From Alphaproteobacteria bacterium (GTDB lineage: Bacteria; Pseudomonadota; Alphaproteobacteria; UBA2966): a DNA stretch of 64,000 nt. The stretch covers positions 288,001 to 352,000 of the forward strand of contig OZ219858.1 of the NCBI GenBank assembly GCA_964291395.2, written 5' to 3'. Below, piece by piece: positions 1-13,232 of this stretch (its first letter is position 1; each line of letters opens with the position of its first letter). The notes under the pieces were generated by a model that searched no databases, was not told the DNA's origin, and saw only the letters and a program-made list of their open reading frames with translations. A program made the translations under genes and the position numbers.

Positions 1-209
1 AGCTCGTAGAAATCACCCATGCGAAAGAACAGCAGGGCGTCTGGATGTTCGTCTTTGATGGCCAAGTACTGGGCCATCATGGGTGAAACCGTTTCCTTGT
101 GCGGTACCGATTTCGCAGACACCCGTCCATCGACGGCGGTGGCAGGGGAGAATTTCGGCGCCCCGGAATACAGAGGGGAAACAGGGACGGACGGCTCAAC
201 CCGAGTCAT
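1..209 (-). CDS. mutS: DNA mismatch repair protein MutS, 5' part (runs off the window; start uncertain, ATG 209 or GTG 122)
   Basis: Manual minus-strand translation gives [29 protein letters not shown], the MutS domain I signature. Not in the ORF track because it is truncated. Confidence 0.92.
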   Translation of the reverse strand, partial: MTRVEPSVPVSPLYSGAPKFSPATAVDGRVSAKSVPHKETVSPMMAQYLAIKDEHPDALLFFRMGDFYE

Positions 210-277
210 TCGAGGAAGGTATCACAAGGGACAGGCGAGAGCATAAACGTCTACCAACGTCATGGAGATACTCGCTA

Positions 278-290
278 AATCAACCAGTTA
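278..290 (+). promoter_or_regulatory. Putative IHF-type site in the mutS/maeB divergent intergenic region
   Basis: AATCAACCAGTTA is an exact match to WATCAANNNNTTR. Confidence 0.3.
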
Positions 291-413
291 TGCAGGCAAT
301 ACGACGCATTTGCGTGTTTACGCACGGCGCCAAACCCCGCTAGTGTTTTCTAAAGGCCTGCGAGAGACCTGTCGAACCCGGCTCTCTTTTGTAATCCATC
401 GCACAAGGACGAG

Positions 414-2687
414 GTGGACATGAGCGACACGATCCGCGTGTCAGACGAAGAGGCATTGCGATTTCATTCTGCCGGCAAGCCCGGAAAGATTGAAATCACG
501 CCCACAAAACCGCTGACCACCCAACGGGATCTGACGCTCGCCTACTCGCCAGGCGTGGCCGTGCCTTGCCTCGAAATCTCGAAGAATCCTGACGACGCGT
601 ACGACTACACGGCCCGCGCCAATGTCGTCGCCGTGATCAGCAACGGCACGGCGGTGCTGGGGCTCGGCGATCTTGGCGCGCTCGCGTCCAAACCCGTTAT
701 GGAGGGCAAAGCCGTCCTCTTCAAGCGCTTCGCGGACATAGACGGAATCGATATCGAGGTTGACACCCGGGATGTCGAGGAATTCGTCAATTGCGTGCGC
801 TACCTCGGTCCGACGTTCGGTGGAATCAATCTCGAAGACATCAAGGCACCGGAGTGTTTCATCATCGAGCAGCGGTTGCGCGAGTTGATGGACATTCCGA
901 TCTTCCATGACGACCAGCACGGCACCGCGATTATCGCCGTCGCGGGTCTGATCAATGCCCTCGAGCTCACTGGACGTAAGATTCAGGACACCAAGATCGT
1001 GGTCAACGGTGCCGGTGCCGGAGGCGTGGCGTGCGTCGAACTGATCAAGGCGCTGGGGATGCCTCATGATCAGGCCATCCTCTGCGACTCCCAAGGAGTC
1101 ATCTACAACGGCCGCGAGAAGGGGATGAACCAGTGGAAGTCGGCCCACGCGATCAACACTGACGCGCGTTCCCTGGCCGATGCGGTCAAGGGGGCAGATG
1201 TATTCTTCGGACTATCCGTAGCCGACTCGATGACCCCGAAGATGGTCGCAGACATGGCCGACAACCCCATCATCTTCGCGATGGCCAATCCGGACCCGGA
1301 GATCACCCCCGAACAGGTCAAGGCAGTTCGGGACGATGCGATCATGGCTACAGGACGCTCAGACTATCCCAACCAGGTCAACAACGTGCTCGGCTTTCCC
1401 TATATCTTCCGCGGTGCCCTCGATGTGCGTGCATCGACCATCAACGATGAGATGAAGATCGCCGCCGCCCAAGCGCTCGCCGAACTCGCACGTGAAGACG
1501 TGCCGGACGAGGTGCTCGCCGCCTATCCTGGCGAGCGTCTTCACTATGGCCGCGACTACATCATCCCGGTGCCATTTGACCCGCGGCTGATCTCGCGAAT
1601 TCCACCGGCCGTGGCCAGCGCCGCCATGGAGTCGGGAGTGGCGCGGCGTCCGATCATCGATATGGAGACCTATCGCAACCAGCTTCGCGCGCGCCTCGAC
1701 CCGATGATGGGCACCCTGCAGCGCATCTTCGAGCAAGTGATGGCCGAACCCAGACGCATCGCCTATGCCGAAGGGGAGGACGAGCGAGTCATTCGCGCCG
1801 CATTGGCATATCGCAATGCGGGCTTCGGAACGCCCATACTTATCGGCAGGGAGCCGCGCATCCGCCGGGCGTTGGATACCATGGGGATCGACGACACCCT
1901 TTCGGGCGTCGAGATCATCAATGCGGCGATCAATCCTCGAAACCACGAATACTACGACTACTTGTACGGCCGGCTACAGCGGCGCGGAGCCCTGTTCCGC
2001 GACTGTCGGCGCATGGTCAACGTGTATGGCACCGTATTCGGCGCCTGCATGGTGGCCCTGGGCGATGCGGACGCCTTGGTTGCCGGACTCGCACGAAGCC
2101 ATGCCGAAGTCTACGAGGACATCCTGAAGGCGCTGGGTCCGAAGGAAGGCTCCCGTGTCATCGGGGTGAGCATCGTCGTGGCGCGGGGCGGTCGGACAGT
2201 CTTGATTGCCGATACGACGGTGCACGCATCACCACGTCCCGACGAATTGGCCGATATTGCCCAGCAGGCAGCCGCAGTAGCGCGCGAGATGGGCCACGAG
2301 CCGCGCGTTGCCTTGTTGTCGTTCTCAAACTTCGGGAATCCGCCGCATGAGCGCTCCGACCGGGTACGCGAGGCCGTGGAAGTCCTGGCCGGTCGGAAAC
2401 CCGACTTCGAGTTCGACGGCGAGATGTCCGCCGACGTGGCACTCAACAGCCAATTGCTCGCCCACTACCCGTTTTCGCGCCTGTCAGCACCGGCCAACGT
2501 GCTGATCATGCCAGGACTGCATTCGGCGGACATTGCGTCGAATCTGTTGCACGAGCTCGGCGGCGGTACAGTGATCGGCCCGCTGCTTGTGGGCTTGGCG
2601 AAACCGGCGCAGATCGTTCCGATGGGCGCCACAGTGACGGAAATCGTCAACCTGTCGGCGATCGCCGCCCACGAAGCCGTTCGCTAA
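414..2687 (+). CDS. maeB: NADP-dependent malic enzyme with C-terminal phosphotransacetylase-like domain
   Basis: [58 protein letters not shown]-like C-terminus ([21 protein letters not shown]). 757 aa. Confidence 0.96.
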   Translation: MDMSDTIRVSDEEALRFHSAGKPGKIEITPTKPLTTQRDLTLAYSPGVAVPCLEISKNPDDAYDYTARANVVAVISNGTAVLGLGDLGALASKPVMEGKAVLFKRFADIDGIDIEVDTRDVEEFVNCVRYLGPTFGGINLEDIKAPECFIIEQRLRELMDIPIFHDDQHGTAIIAVAGLINALELTGRKIQDTKIVVNGAGAGGVACVELIKALGMPHDQAILCDSQGVIYNGREKGMNQWKSAHAINTDARSLADAVKGADVFFGLSVADSMTPKMVADMADNPIIFAMANPDPEITPEQVKAVRDDAIMATGRSDYPNQVNNVLGFPYIFRGALDVRASTINDEMKIAAAQALAELAREDVPDEVLAAYPGERLHYGRDYIIPVPFDPRLISRIPPAVASAAMESGVARRPIIDMETYRNQLRARLDPMMGTLQRIFEQVMAEPRRIAYAEGEDERVIRAALAYRNAGFGTPILIGREPRIRRALDTMGIDDTLSGVEIINAAINPRNHEYYDYLYGRLQRRGALFRDCRRMVNVYGTVFGACMVALGDADALVAGLARSHAEVYEDILKALGPKEGSRVIGVSIVVARGGRTVLIADTTVHASPRPDELADIAQQAAAVAREMGHEPRVALLSFSNFGNPPHERSDRVREAVEVLAGRKPDFEFDGEMSADVALNSQLLAHYPFSRLSAPANVLIMPGLHSADIASNLLHELGGGTVIGPLLVGLAKPAQIVPMGATVTEIVNLSAIAAHEAVR

Positions 2688-2701
2688 CGGGGCTTGCCGC
2701 T

Positions 2702-3442
2702 TTAATCCGCGAAGACGTTGTTCGCGACGAGCCAAATGCCGGAGGCGAGCAGCAGGATCAGAACCACCTTTCGAAATCCGCGCTCGTCGATCCGCCTGTA
2801 GGCCATGAGGCCGAGTTGCACCCCGACCATAAGCGCCGGCACGCTGACCAGGGTCAGGACGCCGACCTCACGGGTCAGTAGCCCTTTGGAGGCGTACGCC
2901 GCAACGACGAGCGTGAGAATGATGAAATTGTAAGGCTGCCACGTCGCCCGTTGCACGTCCTTGGTCCAACCTCGCAGTCCGCACCATATGGTGACCGGGG
3001 GCCCGGACAGCCCGGCGATGCCACCGAAGATCCCGCCGCCGAACCCCACAGCGCCGTCGCCGACCGGACCGGCCCTTGCGCATACCGCTCCAAGTTTCAC
3101 GACGAGACCGAACAGGCCATAAGCGATCAGAAATGCGCCGAGGCCGACCTTGAGATCTGGCCCGTCGATGTAGCTCAGAAGAAACACGCCCAAAGGAATC
3201 CCGATCACACCGCCGATGATGAAGGGCAGCACGCGTCGGACGGAGATGTCGCGACGGACATGGACGATGGACCGGATCTGGCCCGCGACAGAGCAGATGG
3301 CCACCAACGGACCCGCGACCACCGGCTCCATGACGTGCAGCCAAAAGCCGAGTGATATGAGCCCCACACCGAAACCCGCAAGACCGGTGACGAAACCGGC
3401 CGCAAGGGCCCCGGCCACCACCAAAAGAAGTGCTGCATCCAC
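2702..3442 (-). CDS. Sulfite exporter TauE/SafE (TSUP) family membrane protein
   Basis: Hydrophobic ~246 aa. AGFVTGLAGFGVG and GGIFGGIAGLSGPP repeat motifs. GTG start chosen at 3442. Confidence 0.85.
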   Translation of the reverse strand: MDAALLLVVAGALAAGFVTGLAGFGVGLISLGFWLHVMEPVVAGPLVAICSVAGQIRSIVHVRRDISVRRVLPFIIGGVIGIPLGVFLLSYIDGPDLKVGLGAFLIAYGLFGLVVKLGAVCARAGPVGDGAVGFGGGIFGGIAGLSGPPVTIWCGLRGWTKDVQRATWQPYNFIILTLVVAAYASKGLLTREVGVLTLVSVPALMVGVQLGLMAYRRIDERGFRKVVLILLLASGIWLVANNVFAD

Positions 3443-3651
3443 GTGACCACCACGACAACAGACGACCGGCACCGATCATGCGCCGCCCTCGGTAGTTAAA
3501 CAACCGACCGGCATCGCTGCGCTCGATCCGGGAAAGGTCGGTTCAAGTGAGGCTTGATCCGCCATGGATGCAGCGACGCGGTGTTGAGAACCGCGAACCT
3601 AGGATCGGACCTCAGGTTCGATATGAACCGCCATGGAACAACCGTACACCG

Positions 3652-5526
3652 TTACGTCGTACCGGCGATGCTCTTCATCATCGCATCGGCCAACCGTCGA
3701 GAGAACGCGGCCGAATCTGGCAAGGGTTCGCCTTCGGCAATCCGCGCCTGATCGAGCAGCAGATGAGCTGCATCCTCAAGCGCGTCGGACGCGCCCTTCT
3801 CAGTCGCGCGTTGAGCCAATGACTTGATCAGGCCATGCTTAGGATTGATCTCCAGCACGCGGGGGGCGAGTTCACTCAGCTGCCCTTGCTGCTTGAGCAT
3901 TCTCGCCAGATGCATGTCGAGGTCGTGTTCGTCCGCGACGAGGCAAACGGCGCTGTCGGTCAAACGTTCCGAGGTCCTGACATCCTTGACTGCGTCGCCA
4001 AGTGTCTGCTTGAGGAGCGCGATCAACGTCGCAGTCCGGCTATCGGACGGCCCTTCTCCATCTCCTTCCGCCGCGTCCCCGTCCTGAAGAGGGAGCTTGT
4101 CGAGATCAGCCGCACCCTGGGTAACCGAGGTGAAGGATTTGTCCGCATATTGCTGTACCGCAGGCACCCAAAACTCGTCGACCGCGTCCGTCAGCAGCAA
4201 GACTTCCACACCCCGCGCGACAAATCCTTCGAGCTGCGGGCTGCGTCGCAGGCCCTCCAGCGACTCGCCGCTGATGTAGTAGATCGTTTCCTGTCCATCC
4301 TTCATGCGCTCGACATAGTTGTCGAGGGAAATCAGTTCATCTCCCGAAGCGGTTGACCGGAGTCGGGCGATCTTGAGCAGATTTTCTCGTTGGTCCGGAT
4401 CCTCGTAGATGCCTTCCTTTATGACCGCGCCAAAGTTCTCCCAGAACTTGGCGAACTCCTCGGGTTCCTTCTCCGCCTTCTTCTTGAGTTCGGCGAGCAC
4501 ACGGCGGATAACGGCGCTCTTAATCCGGGTGAGGACCGGGCTCGTTTGCAGGAGTTCGCGACTGACGTTGAGGGGCAGGTCCTCCGAATCAATTACGCCT
4601 CGTAGGAAGCGCAGATAGGGCGGCACCAAGCCTTCATAGTCGTCGGTGATAAAGACCCGTTTCACATAGAGTTTCACCCGATGGCGACGCTCGGGATGGA
4701 ATAGATCGAACGGTCTGACGGACGGTACGAAGAGAAGAAGCGTGTACTCGATCTTGCCCTCGGCGCGGGCATGAATGGTTAGCCAGGGATCGTCGAAGGC
4801 GTGTCCGACGTGGTGGTAGAACTCATTGTACTGACTCTCCGAAACGTCCTTTCGAGGCAATGTCCACAACGCGGCAGCCGCATTGAGCTTATCGTCTTCC
4901 CCATCCAGGCGAATGGGAATCGGAATGTGGTCCGAGTAGGTCTTGACGATATGGCGGAGCCGGTCCGGTTCAAGGAATTCTCTCTCGCCCTTCTTCAGGT
5001 GAACTGTCACAGACGTTCCACGCGAGTCGCGTTCCGCCTCTGCGATGGAGAATTCGCCGGAACCGTCCGATGCCCAGGTCCAAGCCTGCTCTTCCCCTGC
5101 CTTCCGGCTCGTGACATCGACCCGGTCTCCGACGATAAACGCGGAGTAGAACCCGACACCGAATTGACCGATCAGAGCGACGTCCTTGGATGAATCACCG
5201 GTCAATTGATCGACGAACGCCTGCGTGCCGGAACGGGCGATCGTGCCAAGGTTCTCAACCAGATCTTCACGGTCCATCCCGATACCGTTGTCCGCGATCG
5301 TCAGGCTCCTCCCCTTCTTGTCGATGCTCAGGGTGATGCGAAACTCGGGATCGTCTTCCGTGAGCTTGGGGTCAGTGAGGACCAGATAGCGCAACCGATC
5401 GCAAGCGTCCGAGGCGTTCGAGACGAGCTCGCGAAGAAAGATTTCCTTTTCGCTGTAGAGCGAATTGGCAACGATGTGGAGCAGGCGGCTTACCTCCGCC
5501 TGAAAGGTAAGTGTCTCTTCCGCCAT
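3652..5526 (-). CDS. htpG: Molecular chaperone HtpG (Hsp90)
   Basis: FQAEV, LYSEKEIFLRELVSNASDA, DNGIGM, NLGTIARSGT, IGQFGVGFYSAF, LEINPKH. Confidence 0.97.
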   Translation of the reverse strand: MAEETLTFQAEVSRLLHIVANSLYSEKEIFLRELVSNASDACDRLRYLVLTDPKLTEDDPEFRITLSIDKKGRSLTIADNGIGMDREDLVENLGTIARSGTQAFVDQLTGDSSKDVALIGQFGVGFYSAFIVGDRVDVTSRKAGEEQAWTWASDGSGEFSIAEAERDSRGTSVTVHLKKGEREFLEPDRLRHIVKTYSDHIPIPIRLDGEDDKLNAAAALWTLPRKDVSESQYNEFYHHVGHAFDDPWLTIHARAEGKIEYTLLLFVPSVRPFDLFHPERRHRVKLYVKRVFITDDYEGLVPPYLRFLRGVIDSEDLPLNVSRELLQTSPVLTRIKSAVIRRVLAELKKKAEKEPEEFAKFWENFGAVIKEGIYEDPDQRENLLKIARLRSTASGDELISLDNYVERMKDGQETIYYISGESLEGLRRSPQLEGFVARGVEVLLLTDAVDEFWVPAVQQYADKSFTSVTQGAADLDKLPLQDGDAAEGDGEGPSDSRTATLIALLKQTLGDAVKDVRTSERLTDSAVCLVADEHDLDMHLARMLKQQGQLSELAPRVLEINPKHGLIKSLAQRATEKGASDALEDAAHLLLDQARIAEGEPLPDSAAFSRRLADAMMKSIAGTT

Positions 5527-5580
5527 AACAGGTCGGTTCCCTCCTTCTACGGGCGTCGGAATCGAGAAATTCGGCCGAAA

Positions 5581-5608
5581 ATATGTAAACCGCGGCCCAC
5601 ATTGCAAG
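5581..5608 (-). promoter_or_regulatory. Putative RpoH (sigma32)-type promoter of htpG
   Basis: Minus strand CTTGCA-N15-TACATAT ~55 nt upstream of a heat-shock gene. Resembles the alphaproteobacterial CTTGAA-N15/16-CCTATAT. Confidence 0.4.
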
Positions 5609-5735
5609 CCATCTTGACGGTCGGCGTTTGGCGCGAGCTCGTCGTGTCGGGGCTGGTTTCCGCTGCTTGGTGTTTCATCTCCCGAAACCGATCACCGGTT
5701 GAGCTTGCGGCATGATCAGGAATCGGGGTAGGTAG

Positions 5736-6800
<1,065 letters not shown>

Positions 6801-6990
6801 TCTTCTCGCTTTCCGTACACGGCGGCGCTGAAAAATGGTTGTAATGACGTACCTTGGGCGATGACGTTCACCCGGAGCAGCGTTTTTCTCCGGAACCTGC
6901 CAGTGTTATTGAGAGCCGGCGGCAGAGGCACGCGCCGCATCGAGTTTGTATCGTCGCTGGTAGAGTATGGATGACCGGCGGGTGGAGGCG

Positions 6991-8160
6991 ATGAACATTC
7001 ACGAATATCAGGCGAAGAGCGTTCTCGCGAAGTACGGTGTCGCGGTCCCGAAGGGTTTCGTGGCCACCCACGAGGACGAAATTGCGGACACCGTCGACAA
7101 GATCAAGGGTCCGGTCTGGGTCGTCAAGGCACAGATCCATGCCGGCGGACGAGGAAAGGGCGGCGGCGTCAAGGTGTGTGGGTCCGCCGAGGACGCGGTC
7201 AAGGCCGCCCGCGGCATCCTGGGCATGACCCTGATAACCCCTCAGACGGGGCCCGAGGGCAAGGTAGTTCGGAGAGTTTACGTCGAGGAGGGCTGTGATA
7301 TTGCGCGCGAACTGTACCTCGGCATGCTTATCGACCGAACGACCAGCCAAGTGACGATCATGGCGTCCACCGAAGGCGGTATGGAGATCGAAGAAGTCGC
7401 AGAGGAGAGCCCAGAGAAGATCCTCATGGTGTCGATCGATCCGGCGACCGGCATTCAACCCCACCATGCCCGCCGTATCGCCTTCGGACTTGGACTCGAA
7501 GGCAAGCAGATTGGTTGCGCCGTCAAATTCATGATGGGGCTCTATCGGGCATTCAACGACACGGACGCGAGCCTGATCGAACTCAATCCTCTGGTCATCA
7601 CCACGAATGAAGACGTCATGGCTTTGGACGCCAAGATGAACTTCGACGACAACGCCCTTTATCGCCACGCAGATATCGCAGAAATGCATGATGAGTCGGA
7701 AGAGAATCCAACTGAGCTCGAAGCTCAGAAGCACGAACTGAGCTACATCAAACTCGATGGCAACATCGGCTGCATGGTGAACGGTGCCGGTTTGGCGATG
7801 GCCACCATGGATATCATCAAGCTCTACGGCGGGGAGCCGGCCAACTTCCTCGATGTAGGCGGCGGCGCGACCAAGGAACGCGTAACCGAAGCCTTCAAGA
7901 TCATCCTCTCCGACGGGAACGTCGAAGGCATCCTGGTGAACATCTTTGGCGGCATCATGCGCTGCGACACTATCGCGGAGGGCGTTGTCGCGGCGGCCAA
8001 GGAAGTCAGCCTCGATGTTCCGTTGGTCGTCCGACTAGAAGGGACCAACGTGGATCTGGGCAAGAGGATTCTCGCCGAGTCCGGCCTCCCGATCATATCG
8101 GGTGACGACCTTGCCGATGCTGCGGAAAAAATCGTCACCGAGGTGAAGGAGGCGGCCTAA
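6991..8160 (+). CDS. sucC: Succinyl-CoA ligase beta subunit
   Basis: [53 protein letters not shown]. Confidence 0.97.
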   Translation: MNIHEYQAKSVLAKYGVAVPKGFVATHEDEIADTVDKIKGPVWVVKAQIHAGGRGKGGGVKVCGSAEDAVKAARGILGMTLITPQTGPEGKVVRRVYVEEGCDIARELYLGMLIDRTTSQVTIMASTEGGMEIEEVAEESPEKILMVSIDPATGIQPHHARRIAFGLGLEGKQIGCAVKFMMGLYRAFNDTDASLIELNPLVITTNEDVMALDAKMNFDDNALYRHADIAEMHDESEENPTELEAQKHELSYIKLDGNIGCMVNGAGLAMATMDIIKLYGGEPANFLDVGGGATKERVTEAFKIILSDGNVEGILVNIFGGIMRCDTIAEGVVAAAKEVSLDVPLVVRLEGTNVDLGKRILAESGLPIISGDDLADAAEKIVTEVKEAA

Positions 8161-9035
8161 TGTCCGTATTGGTCGACTCCAATACGAAAGTCATCTGCCA
8201 GGGGCTCACCGGCGCCCAGGGTACTTTCCACACCGAACAGGCGATCGCCTACGGCACAAAAATGGTCGGCGGCGTGACGCCCGGAAAGGGTGGCACGACC
8301 CATCTCAACCTTCCCGTGTTCGACACGGTGCAGGATGCGGTCAGCACGACGGGCGCGAACGCTTCCGCGATCTATGTGCCACCCCCATTCGCGGGCGATG
8401 CCATTCTCGAGGCGATCGATACCGGGGTGGAACTCATCGTCTGCATCACGGAAGGCATTCCCGTGATCGACATGGTGCGAGTCAAGCGTGCACTCGACAG
8501 CTCATCTAGCCGCCTGGTGGGTCCCAACTGCCCCGGCGTGATCACGCCGGATGAATGCAAAATCGGTATTATGCCGGGCCACATTCATACGCGCGGCTCG
8601 ACCGGGATCGTGTCACGCTCCGGCACGCTGACGTACGAGGCCGTCGGCCAGACGACGGCTGCGGGGCTGGGACAGTCCACGTGTATCGGAATTGGCGGCG
8701 ACCCGGTGAACGGCACCAATTTCATTGATTGCCTGGATATGTTCCTGGGTGACGACGAGACCGAGTCGATCGTCATGATCGGCGAAATCGGCGGCACGGC
8801 CGAGGAAGATGCCGCGGACTTCATCAAGAACAGCAAGATCAAAAAGCCCGTGGTCGGTTTTATCGCGGGCCGCACGGCCCCTCCGGGCCGGCGGATGGGC
8901 CACGCCGGCGCCATCATTTCCGGTGGTAAGGGTAGTGCCGAGGATAAGATCGAAGCGATGCGCAGCGCTGGTATCGCGGTGGCCGATTCGCCGGCGGCGC
9001 TGGGTTCGACAATGGTGGAAGTGCTCAAGGGCTAG
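8160..9035 (+). CDS. sucD: Succinyl-CoA ligase alpha subunit
   Basis: [44 protein letters not shown] coupling to sucC. Confidence 0.97.
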   Translation: MSVLVDSNTKVICQGLTGAQGTFHTEQAIAYGTKMVGGVTPGKGGTTHLNLPVFDTVQDAVSTTGANASAIYVPPPFAGDAILEAIDTGVELIVCITEGIPVIDMVRVKRALDSSSSRLVGPNCPGVITPDECKIGIMPGHIHTRGSTGIVSRSGTLTYEAVGQTTAAGLGQSTCIGIGGDPVNGTNFIDCLDMFLGDDETESIVMIGEIGGTAEEDAADFIKNSKIKKPVVGFIAGRTAPPGRRMGHAGAIISGGKGSAEDKIEAMRSAGIAVADSPAALGSTMVEVLKG

Positions 9036-9117
9036 AAGTGGTCGTGATTCGCCCTTCATCGACATGGTCGATCCTCGTACGTTTCGAAATCGAGTCACGT
9101 GAAGCGAGGTTAGGATC

Positions 9118-11958
9118 ATGTCCATCGAACTCGATAAGACCTCCTTCCTGACGGGCGACGCCAGCGGATTTCTGGAACAGCTCTACGCTCGTTTTCTCAG
9201 AGATCCGGCATCGCTGGATCCAGGATGGCTAGAGTTTTTCACCGATCTGGGCGACGAGGCCTCGGAGGTACTGGCGGAGGCTCGAGGCGCGCCTTGGAAA
9301 CGTCATGACCTGTTCGAGGATCGCGTAGAGGACGGTGAGCGCGACGGTAAGGAAGCGGCAGTGCCGGAGAGCCGGCGGTCGACCCTCGACTCGGTCCGGG
9401 CCCTGATGTTAATTCGCGCCCATCGCGTCCGCGGGCATCTCCTGGCGAATCTCGACCCCCTCGACCTCGAACCCAGGGAATACCACCCCGAACTCGATCC
9501 AAGTTCTTATGGCTTTTCCGACAACGATTTGGACCGGTCGATTTTCATCGACAACGTGCTGGGGCTTGAGTCCGCGACACTTCGCGAAATCGTCGATGTG
9601 CTGCGGCAGACCTACAGCGGCACCATCGGCTACGAGTTCATGCACATCACCCGGGTCGAGGACAAGCAGTGGATCCAACGCCGCATCGAAGGCGAGGAAT
9701 ATCACGAGAAGATCAGCTCTTCGCGGAAACGCAAGATCATGCGACAGCTCTCGCATGCCGAGGGGTTCGAGCACTTTCTCCACCTCAAGTACCCGGGCAC
9801 CAAACGCTTCGGCCTCGATGGCGCGGAGTCGGCGATCCCGCTGCTGGAAGCGTCCATCAAGCGGGCTGCCCAAATGGGCGTACAGGAGGTGGTCATCGGC
9901 ATGCCCCACCGAGGCCGCCTCAACGTGCTTGCCAACATCATGGAGAAGCCCTACGCCCAGATCTTCGGTGAATTTCAGGGATTCGAGGCGCGTCCCGACG
10001 ACTGGCAGGGGTCTGGTGACGTCAAGTACCACCTTGGCACGTCGGCTGAGCGCATCATGGACGACATGCCAATCTACGTATCCCTCAGCCCCAATCCATC
10101 TCACTTGGAGGCGGTGGACCCGGTGGTCATGGGCCGCATTCGCGGTAAGCAATTCTTCCGCGGCGATGAAGACCGCAAGGAGGTGATGGGCATTCTTCTG
10201 CACGGCGACGCCGCCTTCGCGGGTCAGGGTATCGTACCGGAGACGTTCGGGCTGTCGGACCTACGGGGCTACAAGACAGGCGGAACCGTTCACGTCATCG
10301 TCAACAACCAGATCGGTTTCACGACGAGCCCGTCGTTTTCCCGGTCTTCGCCCTATCCCTCCGATTTCGCAAAAGGCGTCGAAGCGCCGATCTTTCACGT
10401 AAACGGCGACGATCCGGAGGCAGTGGTGACCGTTGCCCGCATCGCAACGGAGTATCGCCAGAACTTCGGCCGGGACGTCGTCATCGACATGTTCTGTTAC
10501 CGCCGTCTGGGTCACAACGAGGGTGACGAGCCCAAGTTCACGCAACCCCTCATGTACGGCAAGATCGCCGAACACCCGACGACGCGGGAGATTTACGCGC
10601 GCAAGCTCGTCGACGAGGGGGAAATCACCCGGCAGGAAGTCGATGACCTCGTCAACGAATTCCGCGACCATCTCGACCAGCAATTCGAGGCCGCGGCGAG
10701 CTACAAGCCCAATCGCGCGATGTGGTTCGAAGGGCGGTGGAAGGGCATCGGCCAGGCCCATGGCGAAGTCCGACGCGGAAAGACGGCGGTAAGCCAGAGG
10801 AAGCTGCGCGAGGTCGGCAAGGCGCTGACCACGGTGCCCGACGGTATCGTGCTGCACCCGACCATCCGGCGGCAGCTTGACGCCAAGAAGGAGTTGTTCA
10901 AATCGGGCAAGGGCATCGACTGGGCCACCGCGGAAGCGCTGGCGTTCGGAACCCTGCTCCAAGAGGGTCATCACGTCCGGCTTTCGGGACAGGACTGCGG
11001 CCGCGGAACGTTCTCCCAGCGCCACGCCGTTCTCGTCGATCAAAACACTGAAGAGCGTTACGTCCCCCTCAACAACATTCGTGAAGATCAGGGTCAGTTC
11101 GAGGTTATCGACAGCATGCTGTCGGAGATGGCGATACTCGGATTCGAATACGGCTTTTCACTCACGGACCCGAATGTCCTGGTTCTCTGGGAGGCACAAT
11201 TCGGTGACTTTGCCAACGGCGCGCAGGTCATCGTCGATCAATTCCTGGCGCCGGGCGAGATGAAGTGGATGCGCATGAGCGGGCTCGTCATGCTTCTCCC
11301 GCATGGTCAGGAAGGACAGGGGCCGGAGCATAGCTCGGGCCGGTTGGAGCGTTATCTTCAGCTCTGCGCCGAAGACAATCTTCAGGTCGTGCAGCCAAGC
11401 GCACCGTTCAATTATTTTCATGCGCTGCGCCGGCAGATCCACCGCGATTTCCGCAAGCCTTTGATCTGTATGACGCCCAAATCACTGTTGCGCCACAGGC
11501 TATGCGTGTCCGACTTGTACGAATTTGCCCATGGTGATTCGTTCCATCGGCTGCTCTGGGATCGTGGCGATGTCGACGCCGACGAGAAGATCAAGCGCGT
11601 CGTGATGTGTTCCGGCAAGATCTACTACGATCTCTTTGAGGAACGGGAGAAGCGTGAAATCCGCAATATCTATCTGTTGCGCGTCGAGCAGCTCTATCCC
11701 TTCCCGGAGCAGGCCACACGCAAGGAACTGTCACGCTTCCCGAAGGCCGACGTGGTCTGGTGCCAGGAAGAACCCAAGAACATGGGCGCCTGGACGTTCA
11801 TCAATCCATGGATCGAGGAAGCCTTGATCGATATCGGTCACAAGTCGAAGCGTCCACGGTATGTCGGCCGGGGCGAAATGGCCGCACCGGCACCCGGCAC
11901 GATGAAGCTGCACGTCGAGCAACAGGCCGCCCTCGTGGACGAGGCCTTGACGTTTTAG
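9118..11958 (+). CDS. sucA: 2-oxoglutarate dehydrogenase E1
   Basis: KRFGLDGAE, GMPHRGRLNVL, GDVKYHLG, HGDAAFAGQG, WEAQFGDFANGAQ, GPEHSSGRLERYLQ. Confidence 0.97.
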   Translation: MSIELDKTSFLTGDASGFLEQLYARFLRDPASLDPGWLEFFTDLGDEASEVLAEARGAPWKRHDLFEDRVEDGERDGKEAAVPESRRSTLDSVRALMLIRAHRVRGHLLANLDPLDLEPREYHPELDPSSYGFSDNDLDRSIFIDNVLGLESATLREIVDVLRQTYSGTIGYEFMHITRVEDKQWIQRRIEGEEYHEKISSSRKRKIMRQLSHAEGFEHFLHLKYPGTKRFGLDGAESAIPLLEASIKRAAQMGVQEVVIGMPHRGRLNVLANIMEKPYAQIFGEFQGFEARPDDWQGSGDVKYHLGTSAERIMDDMPIYVSLSPNPSHLEAVDPVVMGRIRGKQFFRGDEDRKEVMGILLHGDAAFAGQGIVPETFGLSDLRGYKTGGTVHVIVNNQIGFTTSPSFSRSSPYPSDFAKGVEAPIFHVNGDDPEAVVTVARIATEYRQNFGRDVVIDMFCYRRLGHNEGDEPKFTQPLMYGKIAEHPTTREIYARKLVDEGEITRQEVDDLVNEFRDHLDQQFEAAASYKPNRAMWFEGRWKGIGQAHGEVRRGKTAVSQRKLREVGKALTTVPDGIVLHPTIRRQLDAKKELFKSGKGIDWATAEALAFGTLLQEGHHVRLSGQDCGRGTFSQRHAVLVDQNTEERYVPLNNIREDQGQFEVIDSMLSEMAILGFEYGFSLTDPNVLVLWEAQFGDFANGAQVIVDQFLAPGEMKWMRMSGLVMLLPHGQEGQGPEHSSGRLERYLQLCAEDNLQVVQPSAPFNYFHALRRQIHRDFRKPLICMTPKSLLRHRLCVSDLYEFAHGDSFHRLLWDRGDVDADEKIKRVVMCSGKIYYDLFEEREKREIRNIYLLRVEQLYPFPEQATRKELSRFPKADVVWCQEEPKNMGAWTFINPWIEEALIDIGHKSKRPRYVGRGEMAAPAPGTMKLHVEQQAALVDEALTF

Positions 11959-11981
11959 GCATCCCCTAACGGGAGTGGAAG

Positions 11982-13184
11982 ATGGCGACTGAGATCAGAG
12001 TTCCCGCCCTTGGTGAGTCAGTGACCGAGGCGACGGTTGCACGTTGGTTCAAGGGAATCGGAGAGTCTGTCGCGCGCGATGAAATCATCTGCGAACTCGA
12101 GACCGATAAGGTCGCGCTCGAAGTGCCGGCACCGGCGACCGGCACGATCGAAGCCATCGACGCGGGCGAGGGTGATACGGTGGAGGCTGGTGCCGTGTTG
12201 GGCCGAATCGCCGAAGGCGCCGGCGCACCAGCGAAACCATCTGCCCCGGCAACTCCAGCGACCGCACCCGTTCCGGCGTCGACCAGTGCGGACGCTCCGT
12301 TGTCACCTGCCGTAAGACGCCTGATCGACGAACACGGTCTGGATCCAACAGCCATGAACGGTACGGGCAAGGATGGCCGCATCTTGAAGGGCGACGTGCT
12401 GGCCTTTATCGAGAATAGTTCGGCGACCGCTCCGCCCACACCGGGGGCCGCCGTAGCTACGCTGGCGGAGACCCCCGGTGTGGGCGAGCGCGAGCGTCGC
12501 GTCCCTATGACCCGACTGCGCCGGCGCATTGCCGAGCGTCTCAAGGACGCTCAAAACACGGCGGCCATCCTGACCACGTTCAACGAAGCAGACATGGGAG
12601 CCATCATGGCGCTTCGCGCAGAGCATCGGGATGACTTCGAAAGAAAGCACGGGGTGCGCCTCGGGTTTATGTCGTTCTTCGTGAAGGCCTGCATCGTTGC
12701 ACTCAAGGAGATTCCCGAGGTCAATGCGGAGATCGAGAGCGACGACCTCGTGTACAAGAACTACTACGACATCGGGGTGGCAGTGGGGACGCCGCAAGGC
12801 CTCGTCGTGCCGGTCGTGCGCGACGCCGATCGCTTGGGATTCGCCGAAGTCGAGCGAACAATCGACGATCTGGGCCGTCGGGCACGCGACGGCAAGCTCA
12901 GGCTCGATGAGATGACGGGCGGCACCTTCACCATCACCAACGGAGGCGTTTACGGATCGCTGCTCTCGACTCCGATTTTGAATCCCCCGCAGTCGGGCAT
13001 TCTGGGTATGCACAAGATTCAGGAGCGGGCGATGGTCGTGGGCGGTACTGTCGAGGCACGGCCCATGATGTATCTGGCGCTGAGTTACGATCACCGCATC
13101 ATCGACGGACGCGAAGCCGTCACGTTCCTCGTACGCGTGAAGGAATGTCTTGAGAATCCACAGCGTATGCTGCTCGATCTCTGA
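11982..13184 (+). CDS. odhB: Dihydrolipoyllysine succinyltransferase (E2)
   Basis: Lipoyl motif [18 protein letters not shown], catalytic YDHRIIDG. Confidence 0.97.
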   Translation: MATEIRVPALGESVTEATVARWFKGIGESVARDEIICELETDKVALEVPAPATGTIEAIDAGEGDTVEAGAVLGRIAEGAGAPAKPSAPATPATAPVPASTSADAPLSPAVRRLIDEHGLDPTAMNGTGKDGRILKGDVLAFIENSSATAPPTPGAAVATLAETPGVGERERRVPMTRLRRRIAERLKDAQNTAAILTTFNEADMGAIMALRAEHRDDFERKHGVRLGFMSFFVKACIVALKEIPEVNAEIESDDLVYKNYYDIGVAVGTPQGLVVPVVRDADRLGFAEVERTIDDLGRRARDGKLRLDEMTGGTFTITNGGVYGSLLSTPILNPPQSGILGMHKIQERAMVVGGTVEARPMMYLALSYDHRIIDGREAVTFLVRVKECLENPQRMLLDL

Positions 13185-13232
13185 CGGGCGTCCAAGTCGT
13201 CGGATGCGCGGCGGCAAATTCGAGGAAACGGC